NCBI GenBank assembly: GCA_045660545.1
Contig: JAZREA010000026.1
Span: forward strand, 12,561-76,560
Length of the DNA: 64,000 bases
Source: Clostridia bacterium
Lineage (GTDB): Bacteria; Bacillota; Clostridia; Monoglobales; Firm-18
Reading direction: 5' to 3'
Under the pieces are notes generated by a model, which saw only the letters and a list, made by a program, of their open reading frames with translations, made no database searches and had not been told where the DNA came from. Shown here piece after piece: positions 54,896 to 63,132 of the stretch (positions are counted from its first letter, which is position 1; every line of letters starts with the position of its first letter). The translations under genes were made by a program, and so were the position numbers.

Positions 54896-56254
54896 ATGAA
54901 AATTATTATAGTAGGTTGCGGAAAGGTAGGAATGAACCTTGCTGAAAGGCTGAGCACAGAGGAAGGCCAGCAGGTTGTTGTTCTTGACACCGACCACAAG
55001 GTTGTTGTCGAGGCTTCTGAACGCTTTGACGTAATGGGTGTTACAGGCAGCGGAATCAGTGTTGACTCCTTGATTGAAGCGGGCGTTGAAGATTCCGACA
55101 TACTTATAGCAGTAACAGGCTCTGACGAGCTTAATCTGCTGACATGCCTTATCGCAAGAAAGACGGGCAACTGCAAGACTATTGCCAGAGTGAGAAAGCC
55201 CGAATACAGCAAGGAACTTCATATGTTCAAGGAAGACCTTGGTCTTGCTATGATTATTAATCCGCAGCAGGCTGCGGCAAGTGAGATAGCAAGAGCGCTC
55301 CGTTTGCCGTCTGCTATACAGATAGATACATTCGCAAAGGGCAGAACAGAAATATTAAAGTTCAAGCTTGATGAAGGCTCTGTCCTTGACAATATGCGTG
55401 TTTGTGAAATTGGCCCGAGACTTAACTGTGACGTTTTGGTTTGCGGAGTAGAAAGGGAAGACAAAGTCTTTATCCCGCGAGGCGATTTTGTTTTAAAAGG
55501 CGGCGACCTTATCAGTATAGTTGCCTCTTACAAAAACGGAGCATATTTCTTCAAGAAAATCGGAATTAAAACAAACAAGGTTAAAGACACAATAATAGTA
55601 GGTGGCGGTGATATTGCCTACTATCTTGCAAAACAGCTTATACAAACCGGCATAGCTGTTAAAATTATAGATAACAATCCCAAGGTGTGCGACAAGCTTT
55701 GTCAGGCTCTTCCGGAGGCGACAATTATAAATGGCGACGGCACCGACAACAGACTGCTTTTGCAGGAGGGCTTGGAGTACGCAGACTCCTTTGTCGCTCT
55801 TACCAATATCGACGAGGAAAATGTCTTGCTTTCCCTTTTTGCCAAGAGTAAGACCAACGCAAAGCTTGTTACTAAAATCAATCGTATAGCGTACGACGAG
55901 GTTATAAACAATCTTGAGCTTGGAACAACAGTTTATCCTAAAAATATTACCACCGAGTATATCGTAAGGTTCGTAAGAGCAAAGAAGAATTCGATAGGAA
56001 GTAATATCGAGACAATGCACTATATCTTAGACGGTAAGGCGGAAGCCCTTGAGTTTCGAATCGGTCCGGATTCGCCCGTTGTGGATATACCTATCCAGGA
56101 CCTTAATCTTAAAAAGGACGTTTTACTTGCGTCCATAAACAGAAACTCGCGTATTTTTATACCAAGAGGTCATGACGTAATCGCTGAGGGAGATACGGTT
56201 ATCGTCGTTACAACCCAAAGAGGCTTTAAGGATATCAGCGACATTTTAGAATAG
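54896..56254 (+). CDS. trkA: Trk system potassium uptake protein TrkA (two RCK/NAD-binding repeats)
   Basis: 452 aa with MKIIIVGCGKVG and a second IVGGGDIAYY Rossmann start. Confidence 0.9.
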   Translation: MKIIIVGCGKVGMNLAERLSTEEGQQVVVLDTDHKVVVEASERFDVMGVTGSGISVDSLIEAGVEDSDILIAVTGSDELNLLTCLIARKTGNCKTIARVRKPEYSKELHMFKEDLGLAMIINPQQAAASEIARALRLPSAIQIDTFAKGRTEILKFKLDEGSVLDNMRVCEIGPRLNCDVLVCGVEREDKVFIPRGDFVLKGGDLISIVASYKNGAYFFKKIGIKTNKVKDTIIVGGGDIAYYLAKQLIQTGIAVKIIDNNPKVCDKLCQALPEATIINGDGTDNRLLLQEGLEYADSFVALTNIDEENVLLSLFAKSKTNAKLVTKINRIAYDEVINNLELGTTVYPKNITTEYIVRFVRAKKNSIGSNIETMHYILDGKAEALEFRIGPDSPVVDIPIQDLNLKKDVLLASINRNSRIFIPRGHDVIAEGDTVIVVTTQRGFKDISDILE

Positions 56255-56266
56255 AGGAATTAACCT

Positions 56267-57703
56267 ATGAATTATGCAATGATTGTATATACACTTGGCT
56301 GGGTTTTGAACTTTGAGGCGGTGTGTTTTACTTTGCCGCTTATCTGTTCTTTGATATACAAAGAGTCGCTGACGCCTATGTACGCTCTTTGCGTAGTAGT
56401 CTGCCTTGCTGTTGGTCTTGTGCTGACACATAAACAACCGAAAAATAAATCTATGTATGCAAAAGAGGGGTACGTAATCGTTGCTCTTTGCTGGATTTTA
56501 ATGAGTCTGGTTGGTTCTTTGCCGTTTAGCCTTTCGGGATATATTCCAAAGTATATTGACGCACTTTTTGAGACGGTTTCCGGTTTTACAACCACCGGTG
56601 CTACAATTTTGGCGGATGTAGAGATTTTGCCGAAATCTATACTTTTCTGGCGCAGCTTTACCCATTGGGTTGGCGGTATGGGCGTTTTGGTGTTTTTGGT
56701 TGCTATTTTGCCCCTGTCGGGCGGCAGTAATATGCACCTTGTAAAGGCGGAAAGTACAGGACCCGCTGTCAGCAAGCTTGTGCCAAAAACAGGTATGAGC
56801 GCAAAGCTTTTATACGCTATGTATATTGTGCTTTCGCTTTTGGAGTTTGTGCTTTTGCTTTTTGGCGGTCTTGACGTTTTTGATTCGCTTACGCTGATGT
56901 TTGGTACGGCAGGTACGGGCGGCTTTGGAATTTTAAATTCAAGCTTTGTTGAATATTCGTCTTATGTGCAGTATGTTGTGGCGATATTTATGGTGCTGTT
57001 TGGCATAGATTTTTCCATGTACTACCTTATTCTGATACGCAAGTTCCGCCTCGCGTTTAAATCGGACGAAATCAAGACATATATTGGAATAGTAGCAGTA
57101 GCTACACTTATTATTTGCTTCAACTGCCGCTCAATTTACGATACGCTTGCGGAAGCATTTAAACACAGCTTTTTTCAGGTTGCGTCTATTATAACTACTA
57201 CCGGTTATTCGTCCGTCGACTTTGACCAATGGCCCGAGCTTTCAAAGACCATACTTGTTGGTCTGATGTTTTGCGGCGCTTGTGCCGGCAGTACAGGCGG
57301 CGGCATTAAGGTTTCAAGAATAGTTATTCTTTTAAAGAGTGTTGTAAAGGAAATAAAAATCGCCGTTCATCCTCAAAGGGTTTATAAGACAACCATGAAC
57401 GGTACCTTGGTAGAGCACGAAACAGTCAGGGCGGTCAACGTATTTTTGGTTTCGTACCTATCCATATTCGTCGTTTCTATAATTTTAGTCAGCCTTGATA
57501 ATATGGACTTTACAACCAACTTTACGGCAGTTGCGGCGACGCTTAACAACATAGGCCCCGGTCTTGCAAAGGTTGGCCCTACTTGTAATTTTGCTGCTTT
57601 TTCGCCGTTGTCAAAAATCGTTATGATTTTTGATATGTTTATTGGAAGACTCGAAGTGTTCCCGGTTTTAATTTTGCTTTCAAGGTCTACCTGGAAGAAA
57701 TAG
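56267..57703 (+). CDS. trkH: TrkH/KtrB family potassium transporter
   Basis: 478 aa, polytopic, with selectivity-filter-like TTTGA, GTGG and TTTGY segments. Confidence 0.9.
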   Translation: MNYAMIVYTLGWVLNFEAVCFTLPLICSLIYKESLTPMYALCVVVCLAVGLVLTHKQPKNKSMYAKEGYVIVALCWILMSLVGSLPFSLSGYIPKYIDALFETVSGFTTTGATILADVEILPKSILFWRSFTHWVGGMGVLVFLVAILPLSGGSNMHLVKAESTGPAVSKLVPKTGMSAKLLYAMYIVLSLLEFVLLLFGGLDVFDSLTLMFGTAGTGGFGILNSSFVEYSSYVQYVVAIFMVLFGIDFSMYYLILIRKFRLAFKSDEIKTYIGIVAVATLIICFNCRSIYDTLAEAFKHSFFQVASIITTTGYSSVDFDQWPELSKTILVGLMFCGACAGSTGGGIKVSRIVILLKSVVKEIKIAVHPQRVYKTTMNGTLVEHETVRAVNVFLVSYLSIFVVSIILVSLDNMDFTTNFTAVAATLNNIGPGLAKVGPTCNFAAFSPLSKIVMIFDMFIGRLEVFPVLILLSRSTWKK

Positions 57704-57713
57704 GTATTAAATT

Positions 57714-57744
57714 AGTGTTCGCCTTTTTGGCGAACACTTTTTTT
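57714..57744 (+). terminator. rho-independent terminator after trkH
   Basis: AGTGTTCGCC / GGCGAACACT stem followed by T7. Confidence 0.85.
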
Positions 57745-57915
57745 CGTATTTTTGCGCAGAAAAACCAGTATGCTTTTTTAATCAAGCCACAAAAGTCATG
57801 AAATTAGCGGGGTTTCGGTGCATAATCTTTGCCAACATTTGCGTCCGCCTTTATATTAGACTTTATTTGGTGCTAAAAAAGTGCCAAATAATTTTTAAAA
57901 AAGGAGGATTGCAAA

Positions 57916-59262
57916 ATGGCAATCAAAAACGAGTTTTTCGAAACGGAAAACAACAAAAAAGCGCAGTCACAAAACACTATGGACAATTCGGGAGGGATGA
58001 GGTATAATAAAAACATAACTGATGCCTTTTTGGCTAAGAAAGAACCTTTCGAATCTTCCTTTGTCAGCTGGTATGACAAAAACAAGGGAGCCTTAAAGTA
58101 CGCAGGGGACAGTACGAAGGAAAGCGTGGAAAAAGGCCTGAGCGAAGCGCCGACGTATATGAAGGATGCAGAGCCGGGCACTAACTTTACAGACGTGCAG
58201 ACCGCGTCGGTAAAGCGCTCACTTGCAAAAGATGCAAACGACAAAGGCCTTTATAACTCTGCGGTTATGGAAATGATAGGGCTTTTGAGTACGGAAAACA
58301 AGGACCCTTATTTGAGCCAGTCGCAACCATTGCAGACGTATATTGACGCAAAGGACAAATTTGACTTTTTGCGCAACAACTACACCACAACCAAAAACAT
58401 CGACCAAACGCCCGACGAAAATGTGCGCCAGCTCCAAAGGGGACTGAATGCAGAAGGCTACACAGACAAAATGGGCCAGCCACTGAAAGAGGACGGGGTA
58501 TTCGGAGGAAAGACCGCATACGCACTAGATACGAGTAGGGCGAATATTTCAAAGATAGGAAGTATCCCATCAGTAGTAAAAGGCAATGGACTTGACATAA
58601 AATATCCAATAACAAGCATAGAGGATTTACAACTTCAAGTGTTTAAAAACGCGCAAGTAAAAAAGACGTCGAATAACAATGCGAAGCCAGCAAGTTCCAA
58701 ACCTGAAAGCCTAAAATTTATACCAGATATAATATACGATGCGTGGAACAAGGCTGAAGATAGCATATGGAAAATCGGAGCAAAAGTACTCGATTTGTAT
58801 GGATGGCATTTATCTTCAGAACTATTGTACTTGGCAGCAAGCGGAAGTGATAACAAATACGTTGCAACCGAAGGAAGCTATGCGTCTAATTTGCTAAAAA
58901 ATGACAAAGGCTTAAATAAATTTATTAATGATGTTATTTGGGAGTATGGAACAAGTAAGGGTAATAAAAACCCAGACATTCCACAGGTTTCATATAACAT
59001 ACCACTTTCAAACGGCGATTTAGGTGCTGCATTACATAAGGTCGATCTAAATATCGAAGCCAAACAAAATCCTGACGGAACATGGACTGCAACGATAAAA
59101 GCAACTGACAATTTCAATTTCTCCGAAATTGAAAATCCCCTTAAGTATAAAAAATTAAAGGAAAAAATATTATGGCTTGCAAATGATATTGCCGTCATAG
59201 ATACTAATTGGGGATTGTTAGATAATGTACCTATCGAAATAACATTTAAAAATAATTATTAA
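57916..59262 (+). CDS. polymorphic-toxin-like protein, copy 1 (conserved N-module with PG_binding-like motif + unique C-terminal domain)
   Basis: 448 aa behind a strong AAAGGAGG RBS, with no signal peptide. Residues about 22-210 are shared with the 59818 ORF, including VRQLQRGLNAEGYTDKMGQPLKEDG.FGGKT. The C-terminal about 240 aa is unique. Confidence 0.75.
   Translation: MAIKNEFFETENNKKAQSQNTMDNSGGMRYNKNITDAFLAKKEPFESSFVSWYDKNKGALKYAGDSTKESVEKGLSEAPTYMKDAEPGTNFTDVQTASVKRSLAKDANDKGLYNSAVMEMIGLLSTENKDPYLSQSQPLQTYIDAKDKFDFLRNNYTTTKNIDQTPDENVRQLQRGLNAEGYTDKMGQPLKEDGVFGGKTAYALDTSRANISKIGSIPSVVKGNGLDIKYPITSIEDLQLQVFKNAQVKKTSNNNAKPASSKPESLKFIPDIIYDAWNKAEDSIWKIGAKVLDLYGWHLSSELLYLAASGSDNKYVATEGSYASNLLKNDKGLNKFINDVIWEYGTSKGNKNPDIPQVSYNIPLSNGDLGAALHKVDLNIEAKQNPDGTWTATIKATDNFNFSEIENPLKYKKLKEKILWLANDIAVIDTNWGLLDNVPIEITFKNNY
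57970..58545 (+). repeat. 576-bp direct repeat, copy A (5' module of toxin-like genes)
   Basis: Collinear with 59809-60384 at a constant 1839-bp offset. Includes a 71-nt perfectly identical run (58408-58478) and a 48-nt one. Confidence 0.9.
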
Positions 59263-59273
59263 GAGGTGATTAC

Positions 59274-59750
59274 ATGAATATTGTATTTAAAATTGCGTCA
59301 TGTTTGCTTTCAATAGTCTTTGTAGTTGTTACATTAATTTTAATTGTTGCTGTTTTTTTACCTACTATAAATGAAACAACCAATGATTTTAACCGTCAAT
59401 TACCGAAACATTTAGATAAAGTCGAATATGTTGATGGTGGATTTGATGATTTTACCAAATACAAAGAATACTACTATTCAAAAGAAAATATCTCGGAATT
59501 TAAAAGCAACAAATATTTTAAACAAGTTAATGAGAGCGACATAGAAACAATTTATGGTTATTTTAATAATTTTGAATATTCATTGCGCTCTTTGACATAC
59601 AAGAACGAGTACAGATTCGAAAAATCTCAAATAAAGGCAAATGATTATTTTTATATAGAATCAAAAGGCGATTCACCGTATGATAATTACGACGTTTATT
59701 ACGTAGATGTCGAAAAATGCATAATGTATTTTATACATTCAAACATATAA
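59274..59750 (+). CDS. small membrane-anchored protein (candidate immunity partner 1)
   Basis: 158 aa. GAGGTG RBS, with the start 11 nt after the upstream stop. One N-terminal TM then a Tyr/Asn/Lys-rich domain. Very AT-rich. Confidence 0.7.
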   Translation: MNIVFKIASCLLSIVFVVVTLILIVAVFLPTINETTNDFNRQLPKHLDKVEYVDGGFDDFTKYKEYYYSKENISEFKSNKYFKQVNESDIETIYGYFNNFEYSLRSLTYKNEYRFEKSQIKANDYFYIESKGDSPYDNYDVYYVDVEKCIMYFIHSNI

Positions 59751-59760
59751 CAATTACTTT

Positions 59761-59800
59761 TACCAAAAGCAAAAGGCACTCGAAAATCGAGTGCCTTTTT
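59761..59800 (+). terminator. hairpin terminator / cassette junction repeat (copy 1)
   Basis: TACCAAAAGCAAAAGGCACTCGAAAATCGAGTGCCTTTTT. Near-identical to 61577-61618. Confidence 0.75.
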
Positions 59801-59808
59801 GCATCCGC

Positions 59809-60384
59809 CAAAACACTATGGACAATTCGGGAGGGATAGGGTATAATGACAACATAGGCAATACCTTTTTGGCAGGGAAAGACCCTTTCGAAGCTTCAAT
59901 GGGAGAATGGTACAAAAAGTACAACGATTCTTTAAAGTACGCCGGGGACAGAGCGAAGAAAAGTATTGTACAGGGGCTGATGGAAGCTTCTTCATACATT
60001 AAGGATGCTTCCCCCGACACTAACTTTACGGACGTACAGACAGCGTCGGTAAAGCGAAGCCTTGCAAAAGACGCAAACGACAAAGGCCTTTATAACTCTG
60101 CGGTTATGGAAATGATAGGGCATTTAAGTAGGGAGAACAAAGAGCCTTATTTAAAACAAGCTAAGCCATTACAGACGTACATTGACGCGAAAGACAACTT
60201 CGACTTTAATCACAACAACTACACCACAACCCAAAACATAGACCAGACGCCCGACGAAAATGTGCGCCAGCTCCAAAGGGGACTGAATGCAGAAGGCTAC
60301 ACAGACAAAATGGGCCAACCGCTGAAAGAGGACGGAATATTAGGAGGAAAGACCTTATACGCGTATGATACGAGTAGGGCGAAT
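59809..60384 (+). repeat. 576-bp direct repeat, copy B
   Basis: See 57970-58545. Confidence 0.9.
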
Positions 60385-61182
60385 GTACAAACAACTTTGC
60401 AATCGCAATTGTTCAAAAACACCCTGTCCGCAAGCGAGCCCGTTGCCAAAATCACAAATAATTTGAATAATACTGTAAACCAAATTAAAACAAAGATAAA
60501 AACTGTTTTTGATAAATATATCCCGTATTATTCCGAAGAAAGTGATAATATTAAGTTGTCCGACAACGGCAAGCTATCAGAAAACGACAAAAAATACAAC
60601 AAAATCAAACAAACTTTGTTGAAATGCCTGAGTGCCAATTGGTACGGAACCGCTTACAACAAAGAATTTCAAGATTATATTCACGAACAGGCTAATAGAT
60701 TAAGAGAATACGACGATAACTCATTTGAAAAAGTAGTATTACTAAATAAATCGACCGGGGCTAGTAACCTGGGACATAACGCCGTTATGCTTATTAATAA
60801 AGACAACGAAGGTCTAATTTTTAGTTTTTATTCAACCTCTTCTAATTTTATTAAATCCGTGCGAACCCAAGCAGAAGTTAGATTTGGAGTGTTAAATTCT
60901 GAAGAAGTTAATAATTTATTGTATAAAAATAACAAGAACGTTCTCTTTTTTACTGCCAGTGATAATTCTATAGTTAGAGAAACATATGATAACTTTAAAA
61001 CATACAATCTAAACAGCACAGGTTACAATATGTACAATGCTGCTGTTGCTCTATACGACTGCCCGAGTTACTATTCTTTGGTTTCGAGGCATTGTGACAT
61101 TATTGCAGTAGAATTACTAAAAGAAGGCGGTATAGATATTAACAGATGGGTAATACCAAACTGGACGTACGAAAATAACTAG
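59818..61182 (+). CDS. polymorphic-toxin-like protein, copy 2 (same N-module, different C-terminal domain; possibly orphan/silent)
   Basis: The open frame begins exactly at the homology edge (MDNSGG). There is no SD before ATG 59818, and the GTG at 59791 lies inside the terminator stem. The C-terminal domain has GHNAVML (His) ... YSLVSRHCDIIAVELL (Cys). Confidence 0.6.
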   Translation: MDNSGGIGYNDNIGNTFLAGKDPFEASMGEWYKKYNDSLKYAGDRAKKSIVQGLMEASSYIKDASPDTNFTDVQTASVKRSLAKDANDKGLYNSAVMEMIGHLSRENKEPYLKQAKPLQTYIDAKDNFDFNHNNYTTTQNIDQTPDENVRQLQRGLNAEGYTDKMGQPLKEDGILGGKTLYAYDTSRANVQTTLQSQLFKNTLSASEPVAKITNNLNNTVNQIKTKIKTVFDKYIPYYSEESDNIKLSDNGKLSENDKKYNKIKQTLLKCLSANWYGTAYNKEFQDYIHEQANRLREYDDNSFEKVVLLNKSTGASNLGHNAVMLINKDNEGLIFSFYSTSSNFIKSVRTQAEVRFGVLNSEEVNNLLYKNNKNVLFFTASDNSIVRETYDNFKTYNLNSTGYNMYNAAVALYDCPSYYSLVSRHCDIIAVELLKEGGIDINRWVIPNWTYENN

Positions 61183-61215
61183 TTTTAAAAATACAATGAT
61201 AAAGGAGAATATGAT

Positions 61216-61554
61216 ATGTCAAAAAAAGCATCGAGAATCCTATTTTATCTTATCCATTGCGTAATAGCTTTTGTTGCAGGAACTACCATTATACATATGT
61301 ATTTCGAAAAGTTTGTTAACACAAATAATTCATATCTATATTTCGTATTAGAATACGCTTTTTTATGTTTTTGCGTTATCAATTTTTTCGTTATATTTTT
61401 CTCTTATAGATTATTGAAACTCGAAAAAGGGAAGAAATTCTATCCCATTCTCTTTATTAACTACATAATTGCAAATGTATGTTCTTATTTGACTTTTTAT
61501 TTTGCAATTTATGTATTTATTTTTATTAGGTTGATGATATATGGTCTTTACTGA
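61216..61554 (+). CDS. small polytopic membrane protein (candidate immunity partner 2)
   Basis: 112 aa, 3-4 TM, AAAGGAG RBS, extremely AT-rich. Confidence 0.7.
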   Translation: MSKKASRILFYLIHCVIAFVAGTTIIHMYFEKFVNTNNSYLYFVLEYAFLCFCVINFFVIFFSYRLLKLEKGKKFYPILFINYIIANVCSYLTFYFAIYVFIFIRLMIYGLY

Positions 61555-61576
61555 TTAAATAACGGACATATCCCTA

Positions 61577-61655
61577 TACCAAAATCAAAAGGCACCCAGT
61601 TGATCGAGTGCCTTTTTTGTATTACAAAAAGGATGTGGACAATTCGGTAGGGGTA
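61577..61655 (+). repeat. third cassette junction: hairpin repeat plus about 20-nt stub of the 5' module
   Basis: TACCAAAATCAAAAGGCACCCAGTTGATCGAGTGCCTTTTTT, then after 19 nt GGACAATTCGGTAGGGG (compare GGACAATTCGGGAGGG at 59820). Homology ends there. Confidence 0.65.
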
Positions 61656-61753
61656 ATTTTGCGTACGAGACTGTCATTCACTACCGCTCCTTCGAATCCC
61701 TCGTCAAATAAACTGCAACAAAAAAGAACACCCTGACGGATGTCCTTTTTTGT

Positions 61754-61830
61754 TGGCGCGCCTGAAGGGATTCGAACCCCTGACCTAACGGTTCGTAGCC
61801 GTTCACTCTATCCAGCTGAGCTACAGGCGC
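61754..61830 (-). tRNA. tRNA-Arg (anticodon ACG)
   Basis: Reverse complement is GCGCCTGTAGCTCAGCTGGATAGAGTGAACGGCTACGAACCGTTAGGTCAGGGGTTCGAATCCCTTCAGGCGCGCCA. Cloverleaf folds and CCA is encoded. Confidence 0.92.
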
Positions 61831-61998
61831 ACATGTCTTAAAATCAAACTGCCTAACTATAATAACACATATAACAGTAAAAATCAAGGACTTTTGTTAA
61901 AAAAATCTAAACATTTACAAAATTAATCATTTTATATTGAAAAATCGCAGAAATTGTGGTAGAATATTAAAGATAGTACAAGATAGGAGATTTTTGCG

Positions 61999-63132
61999 AT
62001 GCAGGATGTGTATTTTGACAACGGAGCAACAACCAAGGTTGACGTTCGAGTTGCTGATGTTATATATAAAGCTATGACTGAAAGTTATGGTAATCCGTCG
62101 TCATTACATTCCAAAGGGCTTGAGGCCGAGCGTCTTTTAAAGCGTGCTCGTGCGACAATCGCCGATAAGTTAAAAGCCTTTCCGGAGGAGATTGTTTTTA
62201 CGTCAGGAGGCTCGGAGTCTAACAACCTCGCTATCCTTGGCAGTACCGCGCTTTTTAGAACAAAGGGTGAAATAATTACCTCCAAGGTTGAACACAAAAG
62301 CGTTTTAGAGTGTATGAAGTGCCTTGAAGAACAAGGCTTTACCGTAATATATTTAGATGTAGACGAAAACGGCGTTGTAATTTTAGATGATTTAAAAGCT
62401 AAGTTGTCCGCCAATACTCAGCTCGTCAGCGTAATGCACGTTAATAACGAGTGTGGCTCAATACAGCCCATTAACGATATGTATAAGGCGGTTAAAGATT
62501 ATAACCCTAAAATATTGTTCCATACAGATAATGTTCAGGGCTTTTGCAAGGTGGAAGAGCCTGTTATGTGTGATATGATGAGCGTGTCTGCTCATAAAAT
62601 ACATGGCCCCAAGGGCGTTGGCGCCTTGTATGTTAAAAAGGGGATAAGACTTTCCCCCGTTATATACGGAGGGGGACAGGAAAGAGGCATAAGAGGCGGA
62701 ACGGAAAATGTGCCCGGCGTTTTGGGCTTTGCCGAGGCTGTCAGCATTTTTAAAAACGAAAGTGATAGACTAAAAGAGCTTAAAAAGCATATTATAGACC
62801 GCGTAACGAAGGAGATTCCAAAGGTTTTTGTTAACGCTGATTTTTCCTCTTCGTCGTCATATATACTTAATATTGCCATGCTTGGTCTTCGCTCCGAGAT
62901 AATTTTGCACTCGTTAGAGCAAAGGGGCATATACGTTTCCTCGGGCTCTGCGTGCTCTTCTCACAAGCCGTCACCAAGCCATGTGCTAAGCGCCATGGGC
63001 TTTTCTGCCGCAAGGGTTGACAGCAGCATAAGGCTTAGCTTTTGCGCCGGAAACACGGTAGAAGAAGCAGACGCCTTTTGCGACGCGCTGTTGGAAATTG
63101 CCAATATTAATAAAAAGGTCAGGAGATTGTAA
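61999..63132 (+). CDS. cysteine desulfurase (NifS/IscS family)
   Basis: 377 aa with the PLP Lys motif SVSAHKIHGPKG and the C-terminal active-site loop SSGSACSS. Confidence 0.9.
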   Translation: MQDVYFDNGATTKVDVRVADVIYKAMTESYGNPSSLHSKGLEAERLLKRARATIADKLKAFPEEIVFTSGGSESNNLAILGSTALFRTKGEIITSKVEHKSVLECMKCLEEQGFTVIYLDVDENGVVILDDLKAKLSANTQLVSVMHVNNECGSIQPINDMYKAVKDYNPKILFHTDNVQGFCKVEEPVMCDMMSVSAHKIHGPKGVGALYVKKGIRLSPVIYGGGQERGIRGGTENVPGVLGFAEAVSIFKNESDRLKELKKHIIDRVTKEIPKVFVNADFSSSSSYILNIAMLGLRSEIILHSLEQRGIYVSSGSACSSHKPSPSHVLSAMGFSAARVDSSIRLSFCAGNTVEEADAFCDALLEIANINKKVRRL

